A stretch of 64,000 bases of DNA from Verrucomicrobia subdivision 3 bacterium UBA693 (lineage in GTDB: Bacteria; Verrucomicrobiota; Verrucomicrobiia; Limisphaerales; UBA8199), in the NCBI GenBank assembly GCA_002298785.1, contig DBMR01000011.1, positions 84,979 through 148,978 on the forward strand, given 5' to 3'. The notes beneath the pieces were generated by a model. It searched no databases, had not been told where the DNA came from, and saw only the letters and a list, made by a program, of their open reading frames with translations. Made by a program: the position numbers and the translations under genes. Within the stretch, counting starts at the first letter, position 1. Each line of letters starts with the position of its first letter. Shown here in pieces: positions 17,794 to 28,600 of this stretch.

Positions 17794-20700
17794 TTAAGGC
17801 ATACGGAACTGGAAGAACTCCGGCCGATTGGTGGCATTGACCGGGATGGCGTTCGAGAATGCCCCATTGGCATCCAGCACACCGGTGATGCTCGGCGTCC
17901 AGGTCGACAGCGGCTGAGTCACATCCGAACTGGTCAACCAGGTGTAGGCGCGGTTCGGCGTTCCGCCGGTGCCTGTCAGAATCAGGTTTCCACCCGAGAC
18001 CGACGGCGAGTGCACGACGGGCGGCTTGGGCGCTGGCAGGTTGACGCCCTGCAGCACGATTTCGGCGTAGCCGGAATAGCCATTGTCCAGGCTGCTATTC
18101 TGCCGGGTGAAGTCGAACTTGACCGCGGCGACAGAGGTGGCCAGCGGCGACCCATCCAACCGGGCAATCGCCACGCGGTCGGCGGCGGGTCCGACGAGGA
18201 CGGGCGGGTTGTAATAGACGGTCGTTAGCCGGATGAACGAAGCCGGGGCCGCCAGCGTCGAGTAATACACATCATAGAACTGACCATCGCGATCGAAATT
18301 GCCCCAACCGCTGTAAACCACAATGTTGGTCAGGGTCCAACCCGTCGCGGAGGTATAGGTGACCGACGATCCGGCCCCGAAGGCGCCGCCGCAGGTGGCA
18401 AAATTGGTCACGCCCAGGCCGGCGGGACCAAAGGTGCCATCAGTCAACGCCGGGAGACCCTCTGTGACGGGCTCCCCATTGAACCCCCCGGCATACAAGC
18501 CCGGCCCCGTGCTGCTGGGCAAGTGGCCCGCGATCAGGCTGCTGGTCTCGACGATCCAGGTCGGCGTATCCGAGGCCTGGCTATCCGTCGTCATCACAAT
18601 GGCGTTGGCCGGCTCGGCGCCGGAAGCCACCCCATACACGCCGATTTCATCGTAGCCGGAATAGCCGTTTTCCCCAGGCGGCGAGGTGAAATCAATCATC
18701 ACGGCGGTGACATTCGCGGCGAGCGTCCCCGTCGGACTGGTCAGGGTCGATCGCACGAAGGACTTGAGATTCGATGGGTTGTTGGTCGGATTGTAGGTGA
18801 CGCTCGTCAAAAACGTGAACACCGGATTCGCCACCGTCGTGTAGTAGACGCTGTAGGCTTGCTGGTCACGACCGCTGTCGTTCCATCCGGCCCCGACCAT
18901 GATGTTGGTGAGCGTGTAACCGTTAGGGGCCAAGGTCGTGTCGAGTGAATAGACCACGTACTGCCCCGCGTTCGGTCCACAGGTTGCGAAACCAGGGTGG
19001 TCGCCGGAATTATCAACCGAGCCAAACGTGCCGTCCGTGAGGACGGAGAGGCCGCCCGCGCCAACACTGAAATTTCCCGTCCCGTAACTGCTCGGAAACA
19101 GGAAAGCGATGAGGCTGTCCGAGGCGATCGGCCAAGTGGGACCGAAGGTCTGGGCGTCGGAACTTTGGGTGGCGATGCGCTGCACCACGTTATTCGCATC
19201 GGGTGTCGCTGCGGGTTTGACGATGAGCGTGCCACCGCGGCTGGCAGCGGAGCCCGAGCCATTGGAGGCCATGAGACGATAACCGCCGTTGGTGGCCGTG
19301 TCCGTCGGTTGCAGGTTGCTCAGGGTGAGGGTCGCGGTCGTGGCTCCGGTGATATTGACACCGTCTTTCTGCCACTGGTAACTGGTCGCGCCGCTAAAGG
19401 ACGCGCTGAAGGTGACCTGGCCGCCCACCACATCCGAAGCGTTCAGGGGCGTGATATCGCCCATCAGTATCGGCTTGGGCGCCGAGGGGGTGCCCATCAC
19501 AAGAATCTGAGAGTAGCCTTCCCAACCATTTTTCGCGGGCGCACCGATCATATTGAAGTCGAACATCACTGCGGCCACATTTTGCGCCAGCGACGCACCC
19601 GAAGACAGGATTGTCACCCGCGTGGCCGACTGCGCGGCCTTGGGATCGGATGGGTTGTAATCCACGTTCTCCAAGGCGTTGAAAGAGGTCGGCGCCGCCA
19701 CGGTGGAGTAATAAACGGTGTACTTTTGCTGATTACGGCCGGCATCAGACCAACCGCCGTAAACCACGATGTTGGTGAGGTCGTAGCCATTGGGCGTAAC
19801 CGGCAGCGTGTAGGTGATGGACTGGCCAGCCGGGTTAACACCGCAGGACACGTAGTTCGGGCTGCAGGTGTTCCCGGTGGTTCCCATTACCGTAGTAAGC
19901 GAGTTGTCACCGCCAGCGGTCAGGGAGTCAACAGTCCGACCGACAATCTCGAGGCTGAAGTCACCGAGGCCGACGCTGCTGGGAATCATTCCGGCGATCA
20001 AGCTGTGATTGGTGACGACCGACCAGGTGGGAGTGAAAGTACCGGAACCAGGGCCGGTCTGGGCGGCGGCTTTAGTAATGATGCCATTCACCGGAGCCGG
20101 CACGGGAGTGACCGTCAGCGAGCTGGGCGTCGAAAACGACGGCGCCGCGGCATTGTTGGTCGCATTGACCGCCTTCAGCCGGTAGGAACCCGTGTCCGAA
20201 ACCTGCACGTTGTTGAGCGTAAGCGTGGCGGACGTGGCTCCGGGAATGTCGTTCGTAGCTGAGCCCACGATTACCTGCCATTGCAGGTTGGCCGGTGGGA
20301 GGTTGCTGAAACCCGCCGTGAATACCACCTGGTCGCCCACAACATTGGCGGCGCTGTTCGGCGAGGTGTCCTGGGTCATATAAGGCGACGGCGGCGGGGG
20401 CGGTGCCGCGGTGTCCTTGCCTTGCACGATAATCTCGGAATAGCCTTGATAGGCATTGTCGAATTGCGACGCGCTCGGGGGAGCGGAGAACTCGAACTTG
20501 AGGTTGGCGACACCGCTGGCCAGCGGCGAGCCGTTGTTCATGGCCAGCGCCACCCGGTTCGCCACGGCGCCACTGGTTCCAACCGGGTTGTAAAACACGG
20601 TGGTGATGGGGATGTAGGTCGTGGGTGCCGCAATGGTGGAGTAGGAAAGATTGTAATATTGACCGTCGCGGCCGGCATCACCCCAACCGCTATAAACCAC

Positions 20701-21675
20701 GATGTTGGTGACATCGGAGCCATTCACCACATTGGTGAGGGTAAAGATCAGTGTGCTGCCGCTGCTGCCGGCACCGCAGGTGGCAAAGCCGCCCACCTGG
20801 CCGGAGGTCCCGAGCAGGCCATCCGTCAAAACTGGAGTGCCACCCGAATTTTCCAGGGTGAAATTGCCGTTGGCGGTGCTGGGAGCGAGACCGGCAATCA
20901 AGTTGGGTGTTTCCGGCGTCCACGTGGGGGTGTAGGGATTGACACCAGTCTCGGTCGAAGTCGTGATGGTAACCACGGGCGAAACCACGCTCGCGGCGGG
21001 TGTCCCGCCCACCAGGATGGCGCTGTAACCCGCATAACCATTTTCCACCGCGGGAGTCGTAAAGACAAACTTCACCGCCGCCACATTCGCAGCAATTGCC
21101 CCGCCCGAACCATCGTCGATGATCGCCCGGTTGGCGCTCGCTGTGCTGCCCGGAACGGAGGGATTATAATTCACCGTGGTCAGGTAAAGGAAATTGGTCG
21201 GATTCGCCGCGGTGGAATACAAAACCGTGAAGGCCAGCGCGTCACGGCCATTATTTGCCCAACCCCCGTAAACGGTGATATTCGTCAGGTTGTAGCCATT
21301 AACTGGACCCGACGGGAGCGTGTAAACAATCAACGATCCCGCGTTCTGGCCACACGTCGCATAATTTGGGCTGGTGGTGGTGCTGGGCAGAACAATGTCA
21401 ATCGTCAGATTCGTGTTAACCGTCAGGGAGTTCACGCTTCGGCCGGCAAGTTCCTGGCTAAAATTTCCCACCGCCGTGGTCGGGACCAGCCCGGCAATCA
21501 GACTATTGTTGGTATTCACGACCCAGGCCGGTGTGAAGGGCCAGACATTAGCCGTGCCTTGCAAGTTGGCGGTGGTAACGGTCACGGATGCCGAGACGCT
21601 AGCCGCGAAACCCAGCAGAGCCACGCACACCAGGCTCGCCAAGGTATTCCATTTGGGGATTTGAGGTTTGTTCAT
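17794..21675 (-). CDS. Secreted protein built from five copies of an unnamed ~200-aa module plus two Ig-like domains and an FYR-type tail
   Basis: I prefer the start at MNKPQIPKWNTLASLVCVALLGFAASVSA (ATG 21675) over the track start at 21744. The module consensus is LTDG.FG...ATCG...NGY.LTNI.VY.GW.D.GRD.Q.Y.VYYST.AAP..F..L..V.YNP...V.AVKFDF....NGY.GY.EI.V.G. The Ig-like segments are ATLTLNNVQVSDTGSYRLKAVN and ATLTLSNLQPTDT..GGYRLMASN. The tail is GGNLILTGTGGTPNRAYTWLTSS...RPEFFQFRMP. Confidence 0.8.
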   Translation of the reverse strand: MNKPQIPKWNTLASLVCVALLGFAASVSASVTVTTANLQGTANVWPFTPAWVVNTNNSLIAGLVPTTAVGNFSQELAGRSVNSLTVNTNLTIDIVLPSTTTSPNYATCGQNAGSLIVYTLPSGPVNGYNLTNITVYGGWANNGRDALAFTVLYSTAANPTNFLYLTTVNYNPSVPGSTASANRAIIDDGSGGAIAANVAAVKFVFTTPAVENGYAGYSAILVGGTPAASVVSPVVTITTSTETGVNPYTPTWTPETPNLIAGLAPSTANGNFTLENSGGTPVLTDGLLGTSGQVGGFATCGAGSSGSTLIFTLTNVVNGSDVTNIVVYSGWGDAGRDGQYYNLSYSTIAAPTTYIPITTVFYNPVGTSGAVANRVALAMNNGSPLASGVANLKFEFSAPPSASQFDNAYQGYSEIIVQGKDTAAPPPPPSPYMTQDTSPNSAANVVGDQVVFTAGFSNLPPANLQWQVIVGSATNDIPGATSATLTLNNVQVSDTGSYRLKAVNATNNAAAPSFSTPSSLTVTPVPAPVNGIITKAAAQTGPGSGTFTPTWSVVTNHSLIAGMIPSSVGLGDFSLEIVGRTVDSLTAGGDNSLTTVMGTTGNTCSPNYVSCGVNPAGQSITYTLPVTPNGYDLTNIVVYGGWSDAGRNQQKYTVYYSTVAAPTSFNALENVDYNPSDPKAAQSATRVTILSSGASLAQNVAAVMFDFNMIGAPAKNGWEGYSQILVMGTPSAPKPILMGDITPLNASDVVGGQVTFSASFSGATSYQWQKDGVNITGATTATLTLSNLQPTDTATNGGYRLMASNGSGSAASRGGTLIVKPAATPDANNVVQRIATQSSDAQTFGPTWPIASDSLIAFLFPSSYGTGNFSVGAGGLSVLTDGTFGSVDNSGDHPGFATCGPNAGQYVVYSLDTTLAPNGYTLTNIMVGAGWNDSGRDQQAYSVYYTTVANPVFTFLTSVTYNPTNNPSNLKSFVRSTLTSPTGTLAANVTAVMIDFTSPPGENGYSGYDEIGVYGVASGAEPANAIVMTTDSQASDTPTWIVETSSLIAGHLPSSTGPGLYAGGFNGEPVTEGLPALTDGTFGPAGLGVTNFATCGGAFGAGSSVTYTSATGWTLTNIVVYSGWGNFDRDGQFYDVYYSTLAAPASFIRLTTVYYNPPVLVGPAADRVAIARLDGSPLATSVAAVKFDFTRQNSSLDNGYSGYAEIVLQGVNLPAPKPPVVHSPSVSGGNLILTGTGGTPNRAYTWLTSSDVTQPLSTWTPSITGVLDANGAFSNAIPVNATNRPEFFQFRMP

Positions 21676-21955
21676 AATGATTTTACGGAGTTGCAGACAT
21701 GGGTATATGCAGTCGTTTGGCTTAAAGCCAAAACTGGTCGTCAACTGGCAGGTAAGACACAGTTTTCAATTGGTTGCGCTTTCCATGGAACACAGCAGCG
21801 CTCAGAGTTTTCAATGCACTCGCGAGATCGTGTATTCGCACCTAAGCTAGCTTACGGGCCTGTAAAGGGAAATTCCCCGATTAAGGTGATGCGGTCATCA
21901 CCGAAACAGGGGAGGGTAGGTTTGGCCGCATCCTGCGGCAGTTCAGTGCGGTCGG

Positions 21956-24511
21956 CTATTGAGCCGCAATGTCCACAAAACCCAGATCGACGTATTGCCC
22001 GCCGCTGGTCTGCTGGCACCGAATGGCAATCAGGTTCTTGCCGGTTTTCAGCGCCTCTTTGCCAGCCGAAGTCAAAGGCACGGCCTCATAGCCGCCCACC
22101 CAACCGGACGCGCGCAACGCCGGCACGCCGTTGATGTAAACCTCGACATCTTCGTCATGGTGCAGCCAGGCCTGCAAGTCGTGCCGCTTCCCCGCCGGAA
22201 GCGTGATCTCGCGGCGCAGCCAGATTTCACGGGTATTCCAGATGGTGCCGACAATGGCTCCCGGTGTCCCTTCCGTGCCAAATCCACTCATCCCCTGCTT
22301 CCAGGACGCATCGTTGAAGGCAGGTTGAGCCCAGTCCGAAGCCGGCTTCTGCGTGGTGTAACGCCAGGTTGCGGGCGCCTGGTCGGCGGCCGGAACCACT
22401 ACCGTGACCTTCGGCGCCTTCGGCATCGGCGCCCATTTGGATGCTTTAGTCACGTCACGGGCAGCCCATTTCTTCCATACCGCCTGGTTGTATAGCAATT
22501 GCGCAAACACCCCTCCCACCACCGGGCGCGCCGTGAATCCAACTTTCCGCGCGTCTTTCGTCTGATACCAATCCGACATCGGCGAACGGTCCGGGGTATC
22601 GTTCAGGAAAGTGATGATCGGATCAATCAACGACTCGAAATCCTCGCGATTCTGCGTCAGCGTCGCCGTCCATGTGATCCAATCCAGCTTGGTGTAGGTC
22701 TGCCGGTTGTCGAGTGGCAGGCCGTAGCGATTCTGAATCTTGCGATAATAAGCCATCTCCTTGCGTAAGACCTCCGCGGGAAACAGATTCAATCCCAGGA
22801 TACGATCCCACATGAGGTTGTACTTTTGACTCCAGGAACCGGGCTTGTCGAAGGCGAGCCGGAATTTTTCGCCGTCATCGGCTTCCTTCACCCAGCGTTG
22901 GGCAAATTCCCGGGCAAGCTTGAAATACTCGGCGGCTTTCACCTTGTCTCCACGCAACTCGCACAATTTCGCAAAAGACCCCAAGCCGCAAATCGCCTTC
23001 GCGCTCAAATTCACGTTATGCGCGAGGTGCCCGGCAAAGTCATCCGTGCAAAGCTGGTTTTCGGGATCAAAACCTTTCTCCCGCAAATATTCGGCCCACT
23101 GCTCGAGTTGCTTCCAATAGAGCCCGGCGAACTTCGCATGGCCTTCCATCTCGGCGATGGCCGCCATCAGGATCAGCAGGTTGCCACTCTCCTCCACCGG
23201 CATCTGATTGTTCACGCCCCGCTCACCGTCGCCGTAAACCTGCCCATTGGCATGCGGATACGTGCCCATATCGTGCGGCGCGAACGGAAACTTCCAGCGC
23301 TCGCTGGCCGCGTAATTCATGAACGGCACCACGAACGACTTGGCCAAAGACGGGCCGAGCAGCAGGAACTGCGGCGCCATCGGGTAAAACACGTCGGAAG
23401 TGCCAATGCAACCATTCGAGTGATTCTCCTTGCAGAACTGGAGCGGCTGGCCGTTAGCATCGGCTACGAACTTGCCAGCCGCAAAACACTGGCGATAGGC
23501 GAGCGCGCCCAGTTTGGCGTATTTCGCCCCTCCCGCCCGGGTGAGGTCAGCCATCAACTCCGTATCAAACGCCACGCAACGCTTTTGCAGCGCGGCGTAT
23601 TCCTTCGCGGAAGCCTGCAGGAGGTCGGCGGCTTCCCAGCCGTGACGCCGCCAATACGGGCGCAGATTCTTTTTCATGTACTGGATCGAGTATTCGTCGT
23701 CGTACGCCAGCATCAGCCAGCGGGCGACCGGCTGCGCGCTCACGGTCAACTCCGGGAAGGTGAGCCACACCACGGCCGCGCTGCCGGGAATTCCCTCGTT
23801 GGCGAATATGGCGGATTGGCCGCGGCGACCGCAGCCAGCTTCGGCCTGGGCGCGCGGAGCCGCCAGGTACAAATAACCCCAGTCAATGCGAATATCGTCC
23901 CCCTTTTTCCCGAGAATCGCCTGCTCCACCGAACCCACCCGCGCGGCGGCCAGTTTGTCGGATGAGCCACCCAATTGCAGCAACGCACTCGACACCACCT
24001 GCTGTCCTTCATTCACGGCCAGCTCGCCCGACGCCACAAAATCAAAACTCACCTTGTGCGCCGCTCCATCGGTCGACCGGAAGTCATAAGTAACGTAAGT
24101 CACCGGTCGCGACAGCACGTCGATATCCTCCGGCAATGCGGGCGTCATGAACGTCAGCTTGAGTTCGATCCCGGCTCCGGCAAACGAGTAAATGGTCCGG
24201 GTCGGCAATACTTCCACCGCCGTCTGCTCCAGGGGAGGCGCACCGTTGGTCTCCGCGCCCATGACCCGGAAACTCCGGTCATCGACGGTTACGGTACTTT
24301 CGAGCCGTTGTCGCTTTCCGGTCCAGTGGGTAGTATTCGCGTCAGTCAGCTTGTCCGCCGGCGACCAAATGCTGAAGTAAGGGTCGCAGGCCACGAGTGG
24401 CACCGCGGGCGGCCGCAGCGGCTGCGCGGAACTGGACAGGCTGTTCAGCAGGAGGGCCAGCGCGCACAGCGCGCCGCGTCCGGCAAATTGGCGAAGGCGT
24501 TTCGTCGTCAT
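21956..24511 (-). CDS. Glutaminase-family (DUF4964/DUF5127/DUF4965/DUF1793-type) six-hairpin protein with C-terminal ~135-aa beta-sandwich module
   Basis: I prefer the start at MTTKRLRQFAGRGALCALALLLNSLSSSAQP (ATG 24511). The N-terminal string LRPPAVPLVACDPYFSIWSPADKLTD..TTHWTGK is characteristic of this family. The C-terminal module lies at nt 21959-22372. Confidence 0.8.
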   Translation of the reverse strand: MTTKRLRQFAGRGALCALALLLNSLSSSAQPLRPPAVPLVACDPYFSIWSPADKLTDANTTHWTGKRQRLESTVTVDDRSFRVMGAETNGAPPLEQTAVEVLPTRTIYSFAGAGIELKLTFMTPALPEDIDVLSRPVTYVTYDFRSTDGAAHKVSFDFVASGELAVNEGQQVVSSALLQLGGSSDKLAAARVGSVEQAILGKKGDDIRIDWGYLYLAAPRAQAEAGCGRRGQSAIFANEGIPGSAAVVWLTFPELTVSAQPVARWLMLAYDDEYSIQYMKKNLRPYWRRHGWEAADLLQASAKEYAALQKRCVAFDTELMADLTRAGGAKYAKLGALAYRQCFAAGKFVADANGQPLQFCKENHSNGCIGTSDVFYPMAPQFLLLGPSLAKSFVVPFMNYAASERWKFPFAPHDMGTYPHANGQVYGDGERGVNNQMPVEESGNLLILMAAIAEMEGHAKFAGLYWKQLEQWAEYLREKGFDPENQLCTDDFAGHLAHNVNLSAKAICGLGSFAKLCELRGDKVKAAEYFKLAREFAQRWVKEADDGEKFRLAFDKPGSWSQKYNLMWDRILGLNLFPAEVLRKEMAYYRKIQNRYGLPLDNRQTYTKLDWITWTATLTQNREDFESLIDPIITFLNDTPDRSPMSDWYQTKDARKVGFTARPVVGGVFAQLLYNQAVWKKWAARDVTKASKWAPMPKAPKVTVVVPAADQAPATWRYTTQKPASDWAQPAFNDASWKQGMSGFGTEGTPGAIVGTIWNTREIWLRREITLPAGKRHDLQAWLHHDEDVEVYINGVPALRASGWVGGYEAVPLTSAGKEALKTGKNLIAIRCQQTSGGQYVDLGFVDIAAQ

Positions 24512-24524
24512 TGTGTTTGGGGTA

Positions 24525-25400
24525 TCAAGGATCAATTTGGGCTTCCTGTGCGGCATTCACCGTCCAGGAAATCTCCGGGTGCGGTTGGTTGTCGCTATTC
24601 CAGCGTGAGCGCCACATCGCATTGTTCGGGTCAATCAGCTCTTTCCGCCGGGCGCCCTCGGCGTGGCCGTCGCAAAACATCAAATCCGTGCGCCGGTTGT
24701 GGCGGTTCGAAGGCCATTCCGATGGCGTCTTGGGATCCATGTTGCCGTCAAAGCTCCCGTCCGGTTTGCTGTCACCCAGCATGATCATGTTGACCGGGCT
24801 TTTTACCAGGTTTTCCTTAACTTCTCCCACCACGTTCACATCCCCTCCCAATCCCAGTTGCGGCGCGCCGGGCTCCTTCAAGCCCCAGTCATTGTAACCA
24901 TACGAGAAGCGGGTGCGGGAACTGATGCCATAAGCGTCACGTCCGCCTGTGGGAAAGGTGGCTCCCAGCGAGTCGTTGCCGTTGGTGTTCCAAATCGAAT
25001 TCGCGTTGGCCGCCGGACAATAAAACACGGAGCGGTTCGTGCCCATCTGGCTAAACAAACGCACCGGCCAGACATAATAAAAACTGTCGTTCAACCACAG
25101 GCAACCGGGATAGGCCTTGTACTCGTTCACATACATGATCGTGGCGATGCCGATCTGCCGGAGATTGTTCAGGCAAGCCGTCTGTTTGGCTTTGGTTTTG
25201 GCTTTCGCCAGCGCCGGCAGCAGCATCGACGCCAAAATCGCGATGATGGCAATCACCACCAACAACTCGATCAATGTGAATCCGCGGCGCCACCGACGCG
25301 GGCGCGCTTGAGGTGTTTTCACCGGCCGGGGGGACACCGAAACTGCACGGTTCACCGCTCGCTGGTGACCGTCCGAAAAGGAATGGAATGAAACATCCAT
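24525..25400 (-). CDS. Prepilin-type N-terminal cleavage/methylation domain protein of the H-X9-DG (DUF1559-like) class
   Basis: [31 protein letters not shown] is a class III signal with a hydrophobic helix. The C-terminal [13 protein letters not shown] fits H-x9-DG. Its stop is 13 nt upstream of the next gene start at 24511. The start could instead be the GTG that gives [17 protein letters not shown] (about 25325). Confidence 0.85.
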   Translation of the reverse strand: MDVSFHSFSDGHQRAVNRAVSVSPRPVKTPQARPRRWRRGFTLIELLVVIAIIAILASMLLPALAKAKTKAKQTACLNNLRQIGIATIMYVNEYKAYPGCLWLNDSFYYVWPVRLFSQMGTNRSVFYCPAANANSIWNTNGNDSLGATFPTGGRDAYGISSRTRFSYGYNDWGLKEPGAPQLGLGGDVNVVGEVKENLVKSPVNMIMLGDSKPDGSFDGNMDPKTPSEWPSNRHNRRTDLMFCDGHAEGARRKELIDPNNAMWRSRWNSDNQPHPEISWTVNAAQEAQIDP

Positions 25401-25432
25401 GAATAGGCGACAAAATAATCATCACCTCCCCT

Positions 25433-25461
25433 GCCGTCATGTGGCATGAAGTGGCCACAAG
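25433..25461 (-). promoter_or_regulatory. Copy 1 of conserved 29-bp element (TGTGGC-N8-GCCACA core) with adjacent -35/-10-like hexamers
   Basis: The plus-strand sequence is GCCGTCATGTGGCATGAAGTGGCCACAAG. On the minus strand it is followed by ATGACG (25440-25435), a 17-nt spacer and TATTTT (25417-25412). It lies 40 nt upstream of the ATG at 25400. Confidence 0.6.
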
Positions 25462-25582
25462 CACGATTGATTACTATGGAAACTCACCGAAATTCGGGAT
25501 TGCATGACGCTCGACTCGCGATCGTCAATCCCGCTCCAAGCCTGTTTTTCTTTCGCCCCGTGCCCCGGCGGGCGCGCCCACG

Positions 25583-25611
25583 AAAAAGGGGTGTCCCCGA
25601 AGGGACACCCC
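25583..25611 (-). terminator. Rho-independent terminator of the PATR gene
   Basis: On the minus strand, GGGGTGTCCC-ttcg-GGGACACCCC (a 10-bp perfect stem) is followed by TTTTT. It begins about 33 nt after the stop at 25645. Confidence 0.75.
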
Positions 25612-25644
25612 TGAGTTTGTTAACCCGGTACTTAACCGAGCGGA

Positions 25645-28600
25645 TTACGGCACCCGCATCTTGTAGAAGCGGACCGGCTCCGCCGGATTGATGGGGATAG
25701 CGTTGGAGAACGCGCCGGCGGCGTCAAACACGCCGGTGCTGTTGGTGGTCCAGTTCGCTGCGGGGGCGGCGACGTTCACCGAGGTCAGCCAGGTGTAACC
25801 GGTTCCCGGAGCGCCACCGGTGCCGGTCATGATCAGGTTGCCGCCCACGATGTGCGGCGGACGGACTACCGGCGGCGGGAGCACGATACCCGACACGCGG
25901 ATGGTGCCGTCCACAGCCAGTTTGCTCAGGTCCCAAGTGTAACCCGACGGAAGGTTCGTTGTGGTGAAGGAACCGCTCTGGGTACCCCAATCAAACAGGT
26001 TGAACGTGTCGTTTACGGCCAGCGCGTTCGTCCCGACGAGCACCACGTTGAGCGTGCCGCCAAAGGCGATATTGCCGCCCACGACGACCAGGTCACTGGC
26101 CACCACGCCGCCATCCTTGGAGATTTCCATGGTGGTGGTGCCATTGAGGGTGAGGTTATTGCTGATCGACAGCGCACCGATGGAAGCGCCCGGAGCCAGC
26201 GTCGCGCCGGTAGCTACGGTCACCGAACCGCCGGCGATGACGCCGGAACCGCCCAGCGTGCCCGCGCTGACGAGCGTGGCGCCGGTGTAGGTGTTCGTCC
26301 CCATCAGGGCCAGCGTGCCGGTGCCGAGCTTGGTCAAACCGCCGCCCGCGCCGCCGTCCAACAGCGATTGGCCAATGGCGATGTGGTTCGTGCCCGTATC
26401 AATCGTTGCCCCGCGCGCCAGTACGAAGGCGGTGCCGAGGCCATTCATGAAGTCGGGGTTGGCGTTGGGACCGGCGCGCAACACGCCACCGTTGAAGTTA
26501 AACGTGCTGGAGCCGGGACCACCCGTGAAGCGGCGCGCCTGGAAGGTGCCGCCATCAAGGTTCACCACGCCATTCGCGGTTGCATTATTACCCATAGTGA
26601 CCGCGTCGCAACCAGTCACGATCGAACCGGTGCCACTCAGGTTGAGAGTGCCCTGGCCTTCTTCACCGACGCGGAACAGTTTGCCGGTGTTAAGATTGCC
26701 GTGGGTGATGGTACCGCCGGTGACGTTCAGGATGCCGGGACCGTCCGTGTAACGGCCAATCACGAACCAATGACCAGGAGCCACGATGGTGCCGGCACTC
26801 AGGTTCCACGTGCCCGCCCCGTGGAATCCAATCTGGAACTCATTGCCGTCGGGGTAGCGACCAATGGCGGAACCACCGGTCTGATTCATCGTGCCCGTGC
26901 TGCCGGCGCCCTTGCCAATGAAGAAGTTGTTGGCAGTCGCGGTGGCATTGTTCTGGAGGTTCATCGTGCCCTGGCCGGTACCCACGTCCGTAACGTTCAT
27001 ATCCCACAGCACCCAGAGGCTGCTGTTGTCTTTCACGGTGAGCGTGCCGGTGCCATCTTCGTTCCCCACGGACATCCACGCGTTAACCGTCAATGAGCTT
27101 GAGTCCGCGAGGGTCATGATGGCGTTCGCGCCGGTGTGCCATCCGAGGTGGATGCGCCAACCGGAATACATGGAGGAGTTGCCGTTCAACAGGATGGTCG
27201 AGGTCGAGCCACCGCTTTCCCCAAGGTTCATGTCCCCGTTGTTGGTGAAGCTGGAGGTGCCGTTCAACGCCAGCGTTTGCAGGGCGGAATTGCCCAGGAT
27301 ATTATTGGCATATCCCAGCGAAGCGCTGCCCGATCGCAGTACCGAGTTATAGAGCGTTGCCGTGGAAACATTGCCCACCGTGCCGTTGCCACGGCCGACC
27401 GCGAACCAGCTATCGATGTTCAAAACAGTATTGCTGAGGATCAAGGAGGCGCCGGCGTCCACCGTGCTGCCAACCCAGAATTCATTTTGGTTGTGGTTGG
27501 TCTGCCCCACACCGGTGCCGTCGAATACCACCGTGCCGGCCAGGATGTTGTAGCCAGGGAATCCACCACCCGAAAGCTCCTTAACGCCGGCCCCGAAGTG
27601 CGTCAGCTTGGCCGGACCCGATTTCACAAAGGAACTGCCGGTAGTGGCGGTCACCAAGCCACCGAGGCCCAGATCGCTCACCGTATTGATCGAGCAATTC
27701 GTATCCTGCACGGAGTAACCGCGGTTGACCGCGACCGCCGGGCCGCCGTAACTCAGGCTGCCGTTTGCCAGGACCAGGTTGGCTGGAGCCGAGGAAGCAC
27801 TGCCCAGGGCGCTCGCCGAACCGCCGTTCGCGAGATTGGTCACCACCACCGTGCCGCCCATAATCTTGGTCGGTCCGGTGTAATCGTTGACAGTATCCAG
27901 CGTGAGCGTGCCGGTGCCGTGCTTGGTGAGGCTGGCCGCGCCACTGATCTTGCCCGTGCCGCTGATGGTGTAATTAACCACGCTGTTGTTGACCGTGACC
28001 TTGGCGGGATTGACCGTGGTCCCGAGATTCACGCTCGTGGTGCCCAACGCCGCGTCATCAAACAACACCGCGTTGCCTTGAGCGAAGAAAGCCGGAAGCC
28101 CGGTGCTCAGTTCCACCCAGTTGGTGGTCAGACCGATATCCCAGGTTCCACCCGCCTGACCGTCCCAACGCGGTGCGGAAACCGCCGTGATCTTAAGGTC
28201 AATCGAGCCGGCAGGATTGGTGACAATCGTCGCCACCACCCCGCTCGGGATGGACGCGATCGTGAAGCTTCCCGAACCCGTCCGGCTTCCGTACTTGATC
28301 AGCGGGAATTCGCCCACTTGCGGCAGAGCGTCCGCGATATTAACCGCAATCGGACCGTTGACCGAGAGCGCGCCGGCCAGGTTGATCGGGGCGGCGGTGG
28401 GATTGCCATAGTTACCGAGGTCCAAATCCAAAGTGGCAGTGTCAAGGCTCAGGCTGGTCAAGCCCGCTTGAGCGTTGGCGGACAGAACTAAAAGGCCGAG
28501 GCTCGCGCCATTGGCCACGGTGTAAGCACTCGCACCGGCCACCGCGGTGGTCAGTTGGACTTTGCCAGCATTGACGACAGTGGCACCGGTGTAGGTGTTG

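Noticed and set aside
25440-25459. Reading the TGGCAT-N-TGGCC part of the conserved element as a sigma-54 (-24 GG / -12 GC) promoter.
   Set aside because: The GG-to-GC spacing is 9 nt in both orientations, not the strict 10 nt of TGGCAC-N5-TTGC, and the -12 region (TGGCC) fits poorly. In the plus orientation, three of the four copies would fire away from any gene. An activator-site interpretation fits better.
25446-25691. ORFs that begin with MKWP inside the conserved element: 25446..25691 (+), the first 23 codons of track ORF 31737..33857, and the first 31 codons of 44455..46827 (-), which read through the element as ...CGHFMPHD...
   Set aside because: The apparent start codon or N-terminal extension is just the ATGAA(A/G)TGGCCACA part of the repeated DNA motif. 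The downstream in-frame ATGs (31806 and 46734) give normal signal peptides. The 81-aa ORF lies in a terminator-containing spacer.
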